From: Priapulus caudatus
Lineage: Eukaryota
Length of the DNA stretch: 64,000 nucleotides
Assembly (NCBI RefSeq): GCF_000485595.1
Contig: NW_014577065.1
Location: 1,048,938-1,112,937, forward strand
Reading direction: 5' to 3'
The translations under genes were made by a program, and so were the position numbers. The stretch's first letter is position 1. Every line of letters begins with the position of its first letter. Of the stretch, positions 41,955 through 53,480 are shown in pieces. Below the pieces are notes generated by a model. The model saw nothing but the letters and a program-made list of their open reading frames with translations, ran no database searches and was not told the DNA's origin.

Positions 41955-42726
41955 TTTTAGATTCAGATTCAGATTCAGATTCATTTTATTTTGCACTTTT
42001 CATTCATTTGTACAGATCATTTCAGATAGAAGTAAAAAGGGAGAGAAATAAATAATATTATAGAATCGATAGGTTTAAGGTGAATGTGCGTAGTGGTCAA
42101 AGTAGATATAAGCTTTCGAGTTGACCACTACCATAGGTAATAAAATGTCTGAGGGAAAAACTACAATTAAACTAAATATAGGAAATAAGAGGAAAACAAA
42201 TATATACATACATACATATATGGAACAGTATCTAGAACAACAAATACAATTGATGTAATACGTAACAAGAACAAGAAAGCAATTATAATATAATATATAA
42301 CTAATTTCTAATGGTCCTAAATAACATACACTAATTTAATTTAATTGGACATTTCTGGCTGTCTATGTACAAAAAAATATACATATATACATATATATGG
42401 AACAGTAGAACAAAAAATACAATTGATGTAATAAGTAATAAGTAACAAAAACAAGAAAGCAATTATAATATAATATATAACTAATTTCTAATGGTCCTAA
42501 ATAACATGCACTAATTTAATTTAATTGATCATTACTGGCTGTCTAGAAGGAATAGCTTATAATTATGTTTAAATTTACTGTGAGGCGAGGTTATAATTTC
42601 AAGAGGAATTCTTTCCTATATCCTTGAGGCCAGAGACTTAAATCGAGATAAACCATAGTTAGTCCTGGAGGCAGGTCTGTGTAGATTACCCTTTGAGGCA
42701 TACCTAGTGTTGTAATTATGTATTTG
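41955..42726 (-). mobile_element. 5'-truncated non-LTR retrotransposon (CR1/L2-group LINE) inserted in Pao pol
   Basis: Minus strand 42720-42532 reads HNYNTRYASKGNLHRPASRTNYGLSRFKSLASRI*ERIPLEIITSPHSKFKHNYKLFLLDSQ*, the typical C-terminal tail of CR1/L2-group ORF2. AT-rich 3' UTR, AATAAA (41985-41990) and (GAATCT)4 tail (41959-41982). Possible TSD TAAAG 41950-41954 / 42727-42731. Confidence 0.85.
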
Positions 42727-42731
42727 TAAAG

Positions 42732-44275
42732 CAGAAGAGAAGTGGCCAAGTTCGATTACTAGAGCAGATGTCAGTGAGATTTATAAAGAAAAGAAAAGGA
42801 AAAAACTGTGATGATAGCTCAGGAGGTGGATGATGCTATTGACGTGGAGGATTTTTCAAGTTGGAGAAAGTTAATCCGGGTAACTGCGTATGTCTTCAGA
42901 TTCATAACAAACACAAAGGCCAAACGTAGAGTGCACCATGGACCGCTAGAAACTGAAGAATTAGCACATGCAGAAAGACATTGGCTCATTGAAGCCCAGA
43001 AGCCACTCCATGAAAGAGTAAGCAAGGACGAGTTCAAATCACTGAGCCCATTCATAGAAGAGCATATGATTTATGTGGGTGGCAGAGCTAGTCAGGGAAC
43101 ACTCTCATATGATATGAGGCACCCAGTACTACTACTTAGAAACCATCGCATATCTTACTTGATCACTAGACACTTTCATGAACGTGATCACTATGGCATT
43201 GCTACTACGGCTAGCAAAGTCAGAAGTAAATACTGGATCATTGGGGTAACACACTTGGCGAAAACTGTGAAAGTCAGGTGTGTAAGTTGCAAAGTACATG
43301 AGCATCAAACAGAGAAGCAACTTATGGCTGACCTCCCTGTTGAAAAAATGGCACCCTTCACGCCACCGTTCTATAATACTGCATGTGATTACTTTGGTCC
43401 TTATACGGTGAAAATTGGAAAAAACAAGACGACAAAACATTATGGGGTGATATTCACATGTCTGAACACGAGAGCAGTTCACCTAGAACTTTCAGTTGAC
43501 TGCTCGTCAATGGAGTTTCTTCAAGTTCTGAGAAGATTCTTCGCGATCAGAGGTTGTCCACGATTGATACAGAGTGACAACGGTACCCAGATGGTTGGTG
43601 CAGAGAGACAACTCAGAGAAATGGTGAAAGGTTGGAGCAGGGATGATTTGAAGGAATTCTATGCAGAAAGACAGGTTATATGGAAATTTGTCACACCTTT
43701 AGCACCTCACCAAAACGGATGCGCTGAAGCACTAGTCAAGAGCTGTAAGCATGCGATAAGGAAATCCATCGGAGACCAACATCTAACTCCATTGGAATTT
43801 TACACATGTCTTCAAGAGATAGCCAATTTAGTGAATGAAAGACCAATTGGAAGACATCCAAATGACCCAGATGACGGAAACTACATATGCCCACATGACA
43901 TTCTTCTTAGAAGAGCATCTAACACAGAGTTCCACAAGGACCGTTCCGCACCAGTAAGAATCCCAGACATAGAGTTGAGTTTGTGCAACAAATTGTCAAT
44001 TCGTTCTGGAAGAACTGGAAGACGTTTATCCTGCTTTGGTTCCGAGAAAGAAATGGAGAGTCCACCACCGAGATGTAAGGATAGGCGATGTTGTGGTCTT
44101 AGCAGATCCGAACTCCGTCCGAGGAAAGTGGAACATCGCCAGAGTCACCGAGGTTCATCCAGGTCAAGATGGAAAAGTACGAAACGTCAGAGTTAAGACT
44201 CAAAATGGAGATTTCAGCCGACCAATTACCAAAATCGCAGTGATTTATCCGGTAGAGGGATATGAGGAGAATTAG
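42732..44275 (+). pseudogene. Pao pol fragment: integrase (HHCC zinc finger, DDE core, C-terminal domain), frameshifted
   Basis: ORF 42808-44196: HERDHYG...CVSC, CDYFGP, TCLNTRAVHLE, SDNGT, PHQNGCAE, VNERP. ORF 44036-44275: GDVVVL...W...V.PGQDGKVR.V.VKT..G...RPITK. Confidence 0.92.
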
Positions 44276-44327
44276 CTTTGTGAGTAAACGGTGTTGGTAT
44301 GCGACCTTCTCGCATAGTGGGGGAGGA

Positions 44328-44803
44328 TGGTTCATTCGGTGTCCTTTTCTTCCCAGAAATAACTATAGAGGGCGTATCAATCAGAAGTGCTTGTAGACTT
44401 GCATGGTATATCTGTTTGAAATTAACGCTCTGGGAACAAGCGATTAATTTACTGTTTGTCTGGAAAGAATCTGTTTGTTCTTGACCATAGTCTAGGGTAT
44501 CTGCCACTGTTATTTGATGATGTAAAGATCAAAGGTGCAAGTAGTTGTATGTCCGGGCAAAGCAGTAAGTTTGAATTTAACTGTACGGTGTCATTTGTAT
44601 GCTAGCTGTGAATTTAACTGTAGGGTGTCATTTGTATGCTAGCTGTGAATTTAAACTGTAATTATTCGAATCATTGTACTATTTAGCGTCAGCAAAGAAC
44701 TGAAAATCATTATTGTTATTTTTCAGAATTGAATGGTAGTTTATAAATAAACTACGATACATTAACCTGGACGTACATCTGTTGTGTAATCCCTCCCGCA
44801 CCA
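44328..44803 (+). repeat. 3' LTR of BEL/Pao element (476 bp)
   Basis: Follows the PPT. Differs from the 5' LTR by about a dozen substitutions (counted by eye), a 9-bp indel and a 37-bp tandem duplication (~44574-44647). Confidence 0.93.
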
Positions 44804-45534
44804 TATATATATATGTGTGTAATAGACTGGCAAGCTATGGCTTCGGTGATGGTTTGTGGCGGCCATTTTGAATTATTGGCTTGTGATGATCGTATGTTGT
44901 GGGTGTAATTAGTCTAGGATTACGTAGACGCTGCCCGTCGGTTCACCATAGAAGCCATGACAATTCGACCCCCCGTGGCAGCGTGCGCGCGAGCTACAGC
45001 CTATGGTGCAGGGGAAATTTCAAATGAAACAGTAAACGCTGCCCGTTTTACCTTGGAAGCCACGACAATTCGACCTTCGCAGTAGCGTGCGCGCAAGCTA
45101 CAGGCAAGTGGGAAAATTGTGCATGAATGTTTAATGAGCAAAACAATACCAAATCTTTGAGGATCGACCGAATATTACAGAAGTTATTGCAAGTTTGGCA
45201 TGCCTGCCCCCTCAATTCATACGCATTCAGATGGGAAAATATACGATCTGCATTTTTTGCGATAAAAAAATGCCCAAGGGTGCCAAAGTGGCACCCAGTG
45301 GATTCCGGTTCAGGATAGTCTAAAGATCAGGAAACCACAAAAAACCTTGTATATACTCGATTGCAACGTTCAGTCAAATTTCCCTACTCGGCAACTCGAC
45401 TATAACACTATGGCGAGCACAGGATGGCCCACTCGTATCACCAAAGTATTGTATATGGCGAATCAAGTGTATTATATAATAACTGCGACTGTTGTTGTTG
45501 CTGATGATAATGTAATGCTGATGATGATGACGAC

Positions 45535-45771
45535 CACATGCACTTGGAACGTTTCAATAGTAAAATGATGATAACTCTTTATTCTTGTTGTTTGTGCACA
45601 GCGGCGTGCGTGCGGCGTACTCATGTGTTGCAGAGGAGCATTTGAACGGCATTTACAGGAAGTTATCGGCAATAATAGGCGAAATAGAGTAGAGAATTAA
45701 GACTTTTGTAGTAAATACATTTCGTGTTTATTTACCATCCTTTTACTTTTGAAACGTTCCAAGTGCATGTG
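45535..45771. mobile_element. MITE, 237 bp, ~39-bp TIRs, 8-bp TSD (hAT- or P-like)
   Basis: CACATGCACTTGGAACGTTTCAATAGTAAAATGATGATAA ... TTACCATCCTTTTACTTTTGAAACGTTCCAAGTGCATGTG; TSD ATGACGAC 45527-45534 / 45772-45779. Confidence 0.85.
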
Positions 45772-45887
45772 ATGACGACAACCACAACGACGACAACGAC
45801 GACGATAAAGAGGACGATGATAACGAGGACGATGATTATGAGGACGACGATGATGGCGATGACGACGACGACGATTCTACTGCTGCT

Positions 45888-45935
<48 letters not shown>

Positions 45936-46050
45936 GATACTGACGCCACGCCCGCGTGCAGGGGCAACAAAGTATATGATCGCAGTAAATATTTGATTTC
46001 GTCGACGACAGAGAGTCCATATAGCCACTACCACGCCGCGTAGGGCTCAT

Positions 46051-46395
46051 AGGGTCTATGTCCCCCAGGGTACTGCCGGAACGTACCCTGGGTACGGTCC
46101 GGTATACCGAAACGTACCATGGTAACTATTTAATATGGTTATGGTTAGGGTTAGGGTTATGGTTAGGGTTAGGTTTAGGGCTAGGGTTAGGGTTAGAGTT
46201 AGGGTTAGGGTTAGTGTTAGGGTTAGAGAGTAGGGTTAGGGCTAGGGTTAGGGTTAGGGTTAGGGAGTAGGCGTAGGCGACTCCCTAGACTCGTTAGTGG
46301 AGTAGGCGAGGTACGGTCCGGCATATTAGATAGTACCAGTATACCGGACCGTACCCAGGGTACGTTCCGGCAGTACCCTGGAGGACATAGACCCT
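46051..46395. mobile_element. Foldback MITE with 57-bp TIRs enclosing a degenerate (TTAGGG)n array
   Basis: 46051-46107 is the reverse complement of 46339-46395 with one mismatch; ~20 TTAGGG-like units at ~46136-46266; flanks CTCAT / CTCAG. Confidence 0.85.
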
Positions 46396-48220
46396 CTCAG
46401 CATAAGTATCTAGCCGAGTTCATCTCCACCTAATTGGGAATTTCATCAAGAAACGCGCATAATTTACTCGCTGCACACACACAACTGTCGAATCAGTTCG
46501 CGTTTGATAAACTCGTCACACCCGTTTCCTCGCTCGACTCTTTGTATGCGACTGCGTCGAGTTAACCTTTTGTTAACATTTTAAGCCGCCCGTGAAAGGT
46601 TTTTGCGAAAGGCTTTTAGCAAAAACAAATACGTGATTGTTTTCATTTCTAGAGCCAATAAATCACTTGAGTAAGCTATTGTGTTGTAATTACCGCTATT
46701 TCTCGGGCGCCACCTGAGCATTAGTCTTACTACCCGTGTCGCAGCATGGCACGTACGGCTATTGCAAGGTCACGCGATTTTAAAGTGAGGCTTTCCAACA
46801 ATTTTCCCAGACCGTTCTCATATTTTGCCGACCACTGCGATACTTACTGGTATTGTTTGCCCAAAAGTGTCCACAATAAGGCTAGCATATCTTAGCCTAC
46901 TCGTACATTGTTACATTCACCGATATATGCAACGATAGAAATTTCTTTCTTGATTTAATGTTGTTTGTTACTTGTTGATTTAACTTCTTTCCCGCGAGAC
47001 TCTGTCTCTAAACTTGATTTGTTAATGGTTATTTACATAAAGTAATAGAGACGCGTACCACTTACGTTACAGAATCAGAAGAGCAATTGTTAGATTAGAT
47101 GCACTTGTGTGCACTTGGCGCTATTTAGACCTGTCACGACATTCAAAAATGCGACAGTATTATTTGCCATTTTATATATTATAACAGCCTGAATCGTTAG
47201 ATGTTTTCAAGTTGGTGAAATAAGTATCACATTCGATCGTAGGTGAGAATATATTTTACTTGGGTATTCTATTTGTGAATGTATTTGAGAAATAGATCCT
47301 TTAATTGTCTGGCGCTCCACCCTTGGTGACCTGCTACTTGTCTGACACTTCTAGCTGCCCTCTACCGTCACCCGACTGCCCTATGTTTATGTATAACGTG
47401 CCTCCCTGCACCTCTGTGACCGACATGTCGCATGAAATTTACGGGACACTCTCCGCGTCTTGGCGAGGCACGCGAGTGTTTATGTTATACATATAGTTCC
47501 CAAGACCCATCCGCTCGCAACATCGTTGCGTTTTTGTCGAGTGCAATAGATCAGTGGTACGACATGACGATGTATGTGAGTGTCGGCAGGTGGCCACAGA
47601 TCAAGCCATGCAAAACCAGGGCGACGCTGGCTAATCATAATAGCTCCGCCTGCCGTGATGTCGAGGGCGGCCGTGCTAATGACCTTACGTGTGCGGCGTA
47701 ACGTACACTGCCGCGCGGGCGGAGTCGAGTCGAGCAGGAGAAGAAGAAGGAGAAGAAGAAGAAGAAGAAGAAGAAGAAGAAGAAGAAGAAGAGGGGCGGG
47801 GAGGAGGAGGAGGAGAAGAAGAAGGATGAGGAGAAGGAGAAGGAGAAGGAGGAGGAGGAGGAAGAGGAGAAGGAGGAGGAGAAAAAGGAGGCAAAGGAAA
47901 AGGCGGAGGAGGAGGAGAAAAGGTAGGAGGAATAGAAGGTAGAAAGGGTAGTTTCCCGCATTTTAGCGAGAGTACATGCGTGCACGTAATAGCTGAATCC
48001 TTGGATCTTCTGGCGTAAGTTCAATAATAATTGTAGGGTCAATGCGCGCGTGCGTGATGCTCCACTGTGCGCGGGTCTGTCTGGCTGGCTGGCTGGCTAG
48101 CTGGTTTGAAGTTTCCTTGTCTACGGCACTGTATCAGTAGTCTATATCTCTGTGGCGCGCTCGTAGTTGGGTGTCCGCGCGCATATCTGCATGCAAGTGT
48201 GTGCGTGCGTGCGTGCGTGT

Positions 48221-48251
<31 letters not shown>

Positions 48252-48415
48252 ACTTTATTTAACGACGGTAAAACATGTTAGGTACAGACACAATAAATTG
48301 GCGTTGACCTATCTTCCACATGGCCGTCACTCGTGCGTGCGTGCGCGCATGCGTGGATGCGTACCAACTCGTTGTGCCCGCGAGTAGTGATCAGCGCCGC
48401 TCATTCCACCTAGAC

Positions 48416-48813
48416 CCCTGGTTCCCAACCGGGGGTACTAGTACCCTATGGGTGTACCAGCGAACACCACAGGGGGTACATGGGAAGCCTCTTAGACAAT
48501 TGAAAAAAAGTAGTGCTATATAATAATCAGCGGGTGATTCAGGCATCTCTATCGACAGTGCCAACAAGTCATGGTTTAAAAAAAGTTAGTTTCTGCCATG
48601 CAGCAGCAGTCTTCTCATTGAACTGTCGTTTAGGGCACAGTGCGCTTGATTGGAAAAATTCGCCGTGCGACTGCATTAATAAAACATAAACATGATGTCA
48701 AAATATTCATGACAATACATCAGTGTTGGTTCTTTATTTTGCTTATGGTGGGCGAAGGGGTACCAGGAGAAAAAATTAGGGGTACGGGGAGTCCAAAAGG
48801 TTGGGAACCAATG
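48416..48813. mobile_element. Non-autonomous hAT (Charlie/Buster-like) MITE, 398 bp
   Basis: Termini CCCTGGTTCCCAACC ... GGTTGGGAACCAATG; perfect 8-bp TSD ACCTAGAC (48408-48415 / 48814-48821) with the central CTAG typical of Charlie-group targets; subterminal GGGGTAC repeats. Confidence 0.9.
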
Positions 48814-49192
48814 ACCTAGACCGACATCCTAGTCGTTGATAGACTGATGTCCGTCTACAATCCCTCGAGACGATTTGAAATGCTAAAGCTAAAGGGATTG
48901 CTCGTCGTTACGTCTGTCATTGTCACGTCTAAAACACGAATGTTCGTCGCCAGGCTACGCGTCTGCGCGAAATCTTAGCCCGCACATGACACTTGGCTAT
49001 TCAGGCAAACATGACCGATTCCAAGATTACACCTAGCGACCTAGCTGCCATAGGTTGTTGTTGATTCTGAGCAGACCACGGAGTCAGTATCTCTCCACAT
49101 AATTTAAAATGTTTTAAAATTTACATTAAAATTCAAAATTACAGGTGTGTGGATCTGGTTATGCGATATATATATATAGCATATTATTTGAC

Positions 49193-49232
<40 letters not shown>

Positions 49233-49614
49233 NNNNNNNNNNTATATATATATATATATGCGTCGAAAATTCTTCTTTTTTCTTCGCACTCGAGTCATTC
49301 ATCAAATGCATCCGTGGCAGCACTACAGCGTAACCCTTTTGTGTCGGATTAGGGCTGGCGCTCGCGACATCCGTTTATGACACGTTGACAACCGGCTCTC
49401 GCGTCTCTCCTAGATGATCTACTCCGTCACAACTCTCGCCCACAATGTAATAAGCATACAATGATTCAGGAAGCTCTAATTCGGTTACGAAGACCTGCCT
49501 GTATATAATCCCGTTACACGCCATCCGAGAATGACAGAGCTGACAGCCCTTTCTCCTTTGCTCTCATTAACCCCTTCAATGTCATTATGCGCGCTCGGAT
49601 TATTGAGTTTTGCG

Positions 49615-49691
49615 GTCACGTGACGGCTCTGATCCAATTAGAGGTCAATCGTAACTCTTTCGCACAATGGAAATGCTAAGCTCATGCAAAT
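49615..49691. promoter_or_regulatory. Candidate composite element: E-box palindrome, nuclear-receptor half-site, Sox site, octamer
   Basis: GTCACGTGAC 49615-49624, CAATTA ~49635, AGGTCA 49642-49647, ACAATGG 49664-49670, ATGCAAAT 49684-49691. Confidence 0.35.
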
Positions 49692-50256
49692 AAAGTATGG
49701 CCGAGGCACTTTACATAACTGTTAATCGTGTTTCGCCACTCGCGCTGACGTTTACAAATGGGATTTTTTTCCGTATGCGCCGCATGCACGCTGTACGTAG
49801 TACTACGTACAGACTGTGCATGGGCGGGAAACTGACGGGAGTGGGTGCTGGGCCAAGCCGACCCCCCTCCATGCGCACCGCCTATCCGTGTCACGTGTCA
49901 CCCCCGGGACGTGAGTGTGGCGTCTGTTGACTATAGACACCGCGCGGGTAAAATGAAACCCCTTCACAACGGACAAATTCACGTGTCGTACGCCATTCAA
50001 AAATAACGGAAAAAAATATGTGACGAATGCGGGCGAGCAGAGGATGGTTTGTAGGGACGAAGACGGGGGCTATTGCGCATGCACGCATCATCTCGCCGCT
50101 ATTCCGATTGTCTTTTTCCACGTAAATGTTGACCTGACCTTCGTAGTCCTCCGAAAATTTGGCACATATATATGTATATATACGTGGAGACATTCGACGT
50201 CTCAGTCCGCGTTTTCTATGCGTCTTTGTGTGTACTCGATGATCGAACAAAAACAT

Positions 50257-50290
<34 letters not shown>

Positions 50291-51783
50291 AGTGTGTGCG
50301 TGCGTGCATGCGTGTAGTAAGTAAGTAAGTAAGTAAAAACTTTATTTAACGACGGTAAAACATGTTAGGTACTAGGTACAGACACAATAAATTGGCGTTG
50401 ACCTATCTTCCACATGGCCGTCACTCGTGCGTGCGTGCGCGCATGCGTGGATGCGTACCAACTCGTTNNNNNNNNNNNNNNNNNNNNGTTAGTCTGTCTG
50501 TCTGTCTGTCCGTCCGTCCGTCCGTCCGTTCGTCCGTCCGTCCGTCCGTCCGTCCGTCCGTCCGTCCGTCTGTCTGTCTGTCTATTTGCCTGTCTGTCTG
50601 CCCGCCTGCCTGTGACTGTGTCAGTGCTGTGTGATACGAGATCTAATTACTAGTTCAAAATATGAGCGCCACCCAATAGCGATAGCTCGTGAACCGTTCG
50701 TCAAATGTAATTACTGGGCCCGTATCGCGGCTCAAACAACCGAGATCTTGCATACATAATTCAGCGTAGTCTACATCCCGACTGCTCCACTCGTTCGCAC
50801 CTCCTCTCATCTGAAAGCCTTCTAATAGATGCGAACTGAGTAAGTGGCACGCCAACACGCGCTCGTGGGTTAACTATTATCGGATCTGACAGCGATATAA
50901 TGGTAATACGAAATCACATTCGAGCCTTCCCGTACGTCTGCATGCGTCGAGGGATAGATTCCCATCACACGTACGCGCGCGGGCGGCCGCGCTGCTCCAG
51001 CACTCATTAGAATTCCGCAGCATGCTCGGGTGAACCTATTAATAATATCAGTTCGGTCGGGATGGAACGATGCATAACCCTCTCATCACGGTCCTGATTT
51101 AATTACGACGGCTGCCCGAAGAAAACACAATAAGCTCGCTCCCGCTGATGATGCAGCCAATGATTTTTCATTACTTTGTTCAATATTAGTAATATTCATT
51201 GCCCGTTCCTATTCCCAGAGTCTCAATCGACTGTCGAGTGCCAGAGGGGCAAGGCCCCAATTCCGAAAGCGAATGTGTGGATGTAGGCCATCGGTAGCGT
51301 TAGCGTCCATCGTTGCTGGGCCAGGCGAACGCGAGCGAGCGAACTCCGACGCAAATATAGCGGCCTGTCGACATGGTAGTGTGTCGGGTGCGGGGTGAGA
51401 GGTAGGGGTACAGCGGTGGCAGCCGTGACAGAGGTGACCGTGACCGTGACAACTGCTTCGTCGGCTGGCTTCAGTGTCGTGCTTGGCGACCGTGACAGCC
51501 CGTGGTGAGTCACACACGGCTGCCCGGGCGTGCGCACCACGCGCGCCTTCGCTCACTCGCTCGCCGGGTCTAACCGGCAACGCGTTTGAGCTGCACTTTT
51601 ATGGAGGCCGTATTTTTATAGCGACATATAACGCTATAGTTGATCGTTCGTCGCTTTATCTATTTCGTCAAGGGAGGTGTGTCTACTCTACTGTCATTAC
51701 CCTGAATGTGTCTTGATGTGTGTCTAATGGACTTCTATTCCTCTAATATCTCCGCCCAGGTCTCGCCTACCACGTGTATGATT

Positions 51784-51849
<66 letters not shown>

Positions 51850-52442
51850 TAATTATATATAAATAAATGAATATATATATAATATATAACCATCATTTAT
51901 ATCAATTTGTTGTGTCTCGGATCGTGCCTATAGGTGTCTAGGTTAGCCAGCTAGCTCGCGCTACGAGCATTTTGCTATTTGCATTTTGCTGTTTGCCTCG
52001 GCAATGGACCGGGGAGACTGTCACCACCGCAATCGCATATCAGTGACGACAAGACTTCCGTATGGCTTGCATCCAACCTCGCCCTCTCGCCACCGCGCAC
52101 CCCGATGGGGTCGGCGAATTGTTCGGCCTCGAGTAGCTTGCGCTCGTGTACGATTTCACGGTGGGACATTTACCGCTACGCACACGGTGCGAACCGGTCA
52201 ATGGCTGAAAGAGAAATCGTCCGCTCCCCGCACACCGGAGGGCAGACATCCGGGGCGCACAGCACTTATATGTGCCACAAACACGCACGCAGACACGAAC
52301 GCACGCACGCACGCAGGCCCGCACGAACGCACGCACGCAGGCACGCAAACGCTCACAAACGAACGCAGTCGCGCACGCACGTACGACGTACGCAGGCACG
52401 CACGAATGCATGCACGCACGCACGCACGAACTCACGAACCCA

Positions 52443-52478
<36 letters not shown>

Positions 52479-52865
52479 TGAACGAACGCACGCACGCACG
52501 AACGAACGCTTCATCTCTCTCGAACCCCGAACCGGCCGCACCGCTACGCCCTGTCGATAGCGTGACGGCTCGTGGCTTTCTTCGCACGCACGGGCCGGCT
52601 ATTGACAAATGACAGGCGCCCATCGTTCGATTATCGCCGGTGCTGTGCCTCTTTTCTCCGCGCTGGAGACGAGACGTCGTTCTTTCTGCCATCGACGCGT
52701 TCATTCATTCATCATTTACGCGACGGGACTTTGTTGTCGGAGATGGTGAGCTTCAGCGAGCGAGTTCGCCCGGTAACACCACTCTCAGGCCCATTGTCGT
52801 GTGTCCACCGGTCCGCAGCTGTTCCGAAAGCACCGCGGTGTGTTTTCACAGACCACGGTGTGTGT

Positions 52866-52947
<82 letters not shown>

Positions 52948-53071
52948 ATGTATGTGTACGTGCATGTGTGCATGCCCGCGCGAGAAAGAGAAAGGAAAAG
53001 TGGGAGGGAGCGACGGAGAAAGAAAGTGAGAGTTAGTGAGAGATGTAGAGCCAGAGAGTGAGAGAATGAGC

Positions 53072-53110
<39 letters not shown>

Positions 53111-53443
53111 GGAGAGACGGAGAAAGGGGAATGGAGAAAGAGATAGAGCGATATGTAGTGATAGAGAGTGAGACGTGTGCGAGATGGAGAGACAGAGATG
53201 GCGGACAAAGAGGAATTGGATGGGGAGTGGAGAACACACACGACTACTGCAAGCTGGAAAAGTAACTAAACATGGACCTGCTATCTTACCATCCGTTCTC
53301 TTAGTATCTGGTCTATCATTTCAGATATAATACCGCCATTTCTCTCGCAGGTTTCAACAAATAAAAAATACAATTATCGCTTATATGTAGCGACAGCTTG
53401 TTTTTTCTTCTCCTCCTTCCTCTTCTTCTTATTCTCCTTCTTT

Positions 53444-53480
<37 letters not shown>

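Larger units (their letters stand above)
39592..44803 (+). mobile_element. BEL/Pao LTR retrotransposon, internally deleted (no PBS or gag) and disrupted
   Basis: Two near-identical LTRs (TGGT...ACCA); 5-bp TSD TATAT (39587-39591 / 44804-44808); polypurine tract GGGGGAGGA 44319-44327; pol order RT-RNaseH-integrase with Pao-type motifs. Confidence 0.95.
37176..45402 (-). mobile_element. Decayed Academ-superfamily (XPG-encoding) DNA transposon; host of the nested insertions; one terminus only
   Basis: Transposase-region and XPG-like coding remnants at 37176-39546. The segment right of the Pao element (44809-45402) has GCGGCCATTTTG and ~108-bp repeats and ends ...CGGCAACTCGACTA (TAG terminus on the minus strand), resembling Academ ends as I recall them. 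Linking this segment to the coding remnants is inference; no matching left TIR seen. Confidence 0.7.
48196..50467 (+). repeat. ~175-bp direct repeat (48196-48373 vs 50291-50467) containing a minus-strand retroposon 3' end with (CTTA)n tail
   Basis: Shared GTAAGTAAGTAAAAACTTTATTTAACGACGG...CCACATGGCCGTC plus flanks; the second copy ends at the gap 50468-50487. Confidence 0.75.

Noticed and set aside
46136..46266. True telomere or chromosome-fusion scar
   Set aside because: Short, degenerate, single-orientation array enclosed by TIRs; better explained as MITE cargo.
52519..52578. tRNA-like A/B boxes on the minus strand
   Set aside because: No cloverleaf can be folded; at most a degenerate SINE head.
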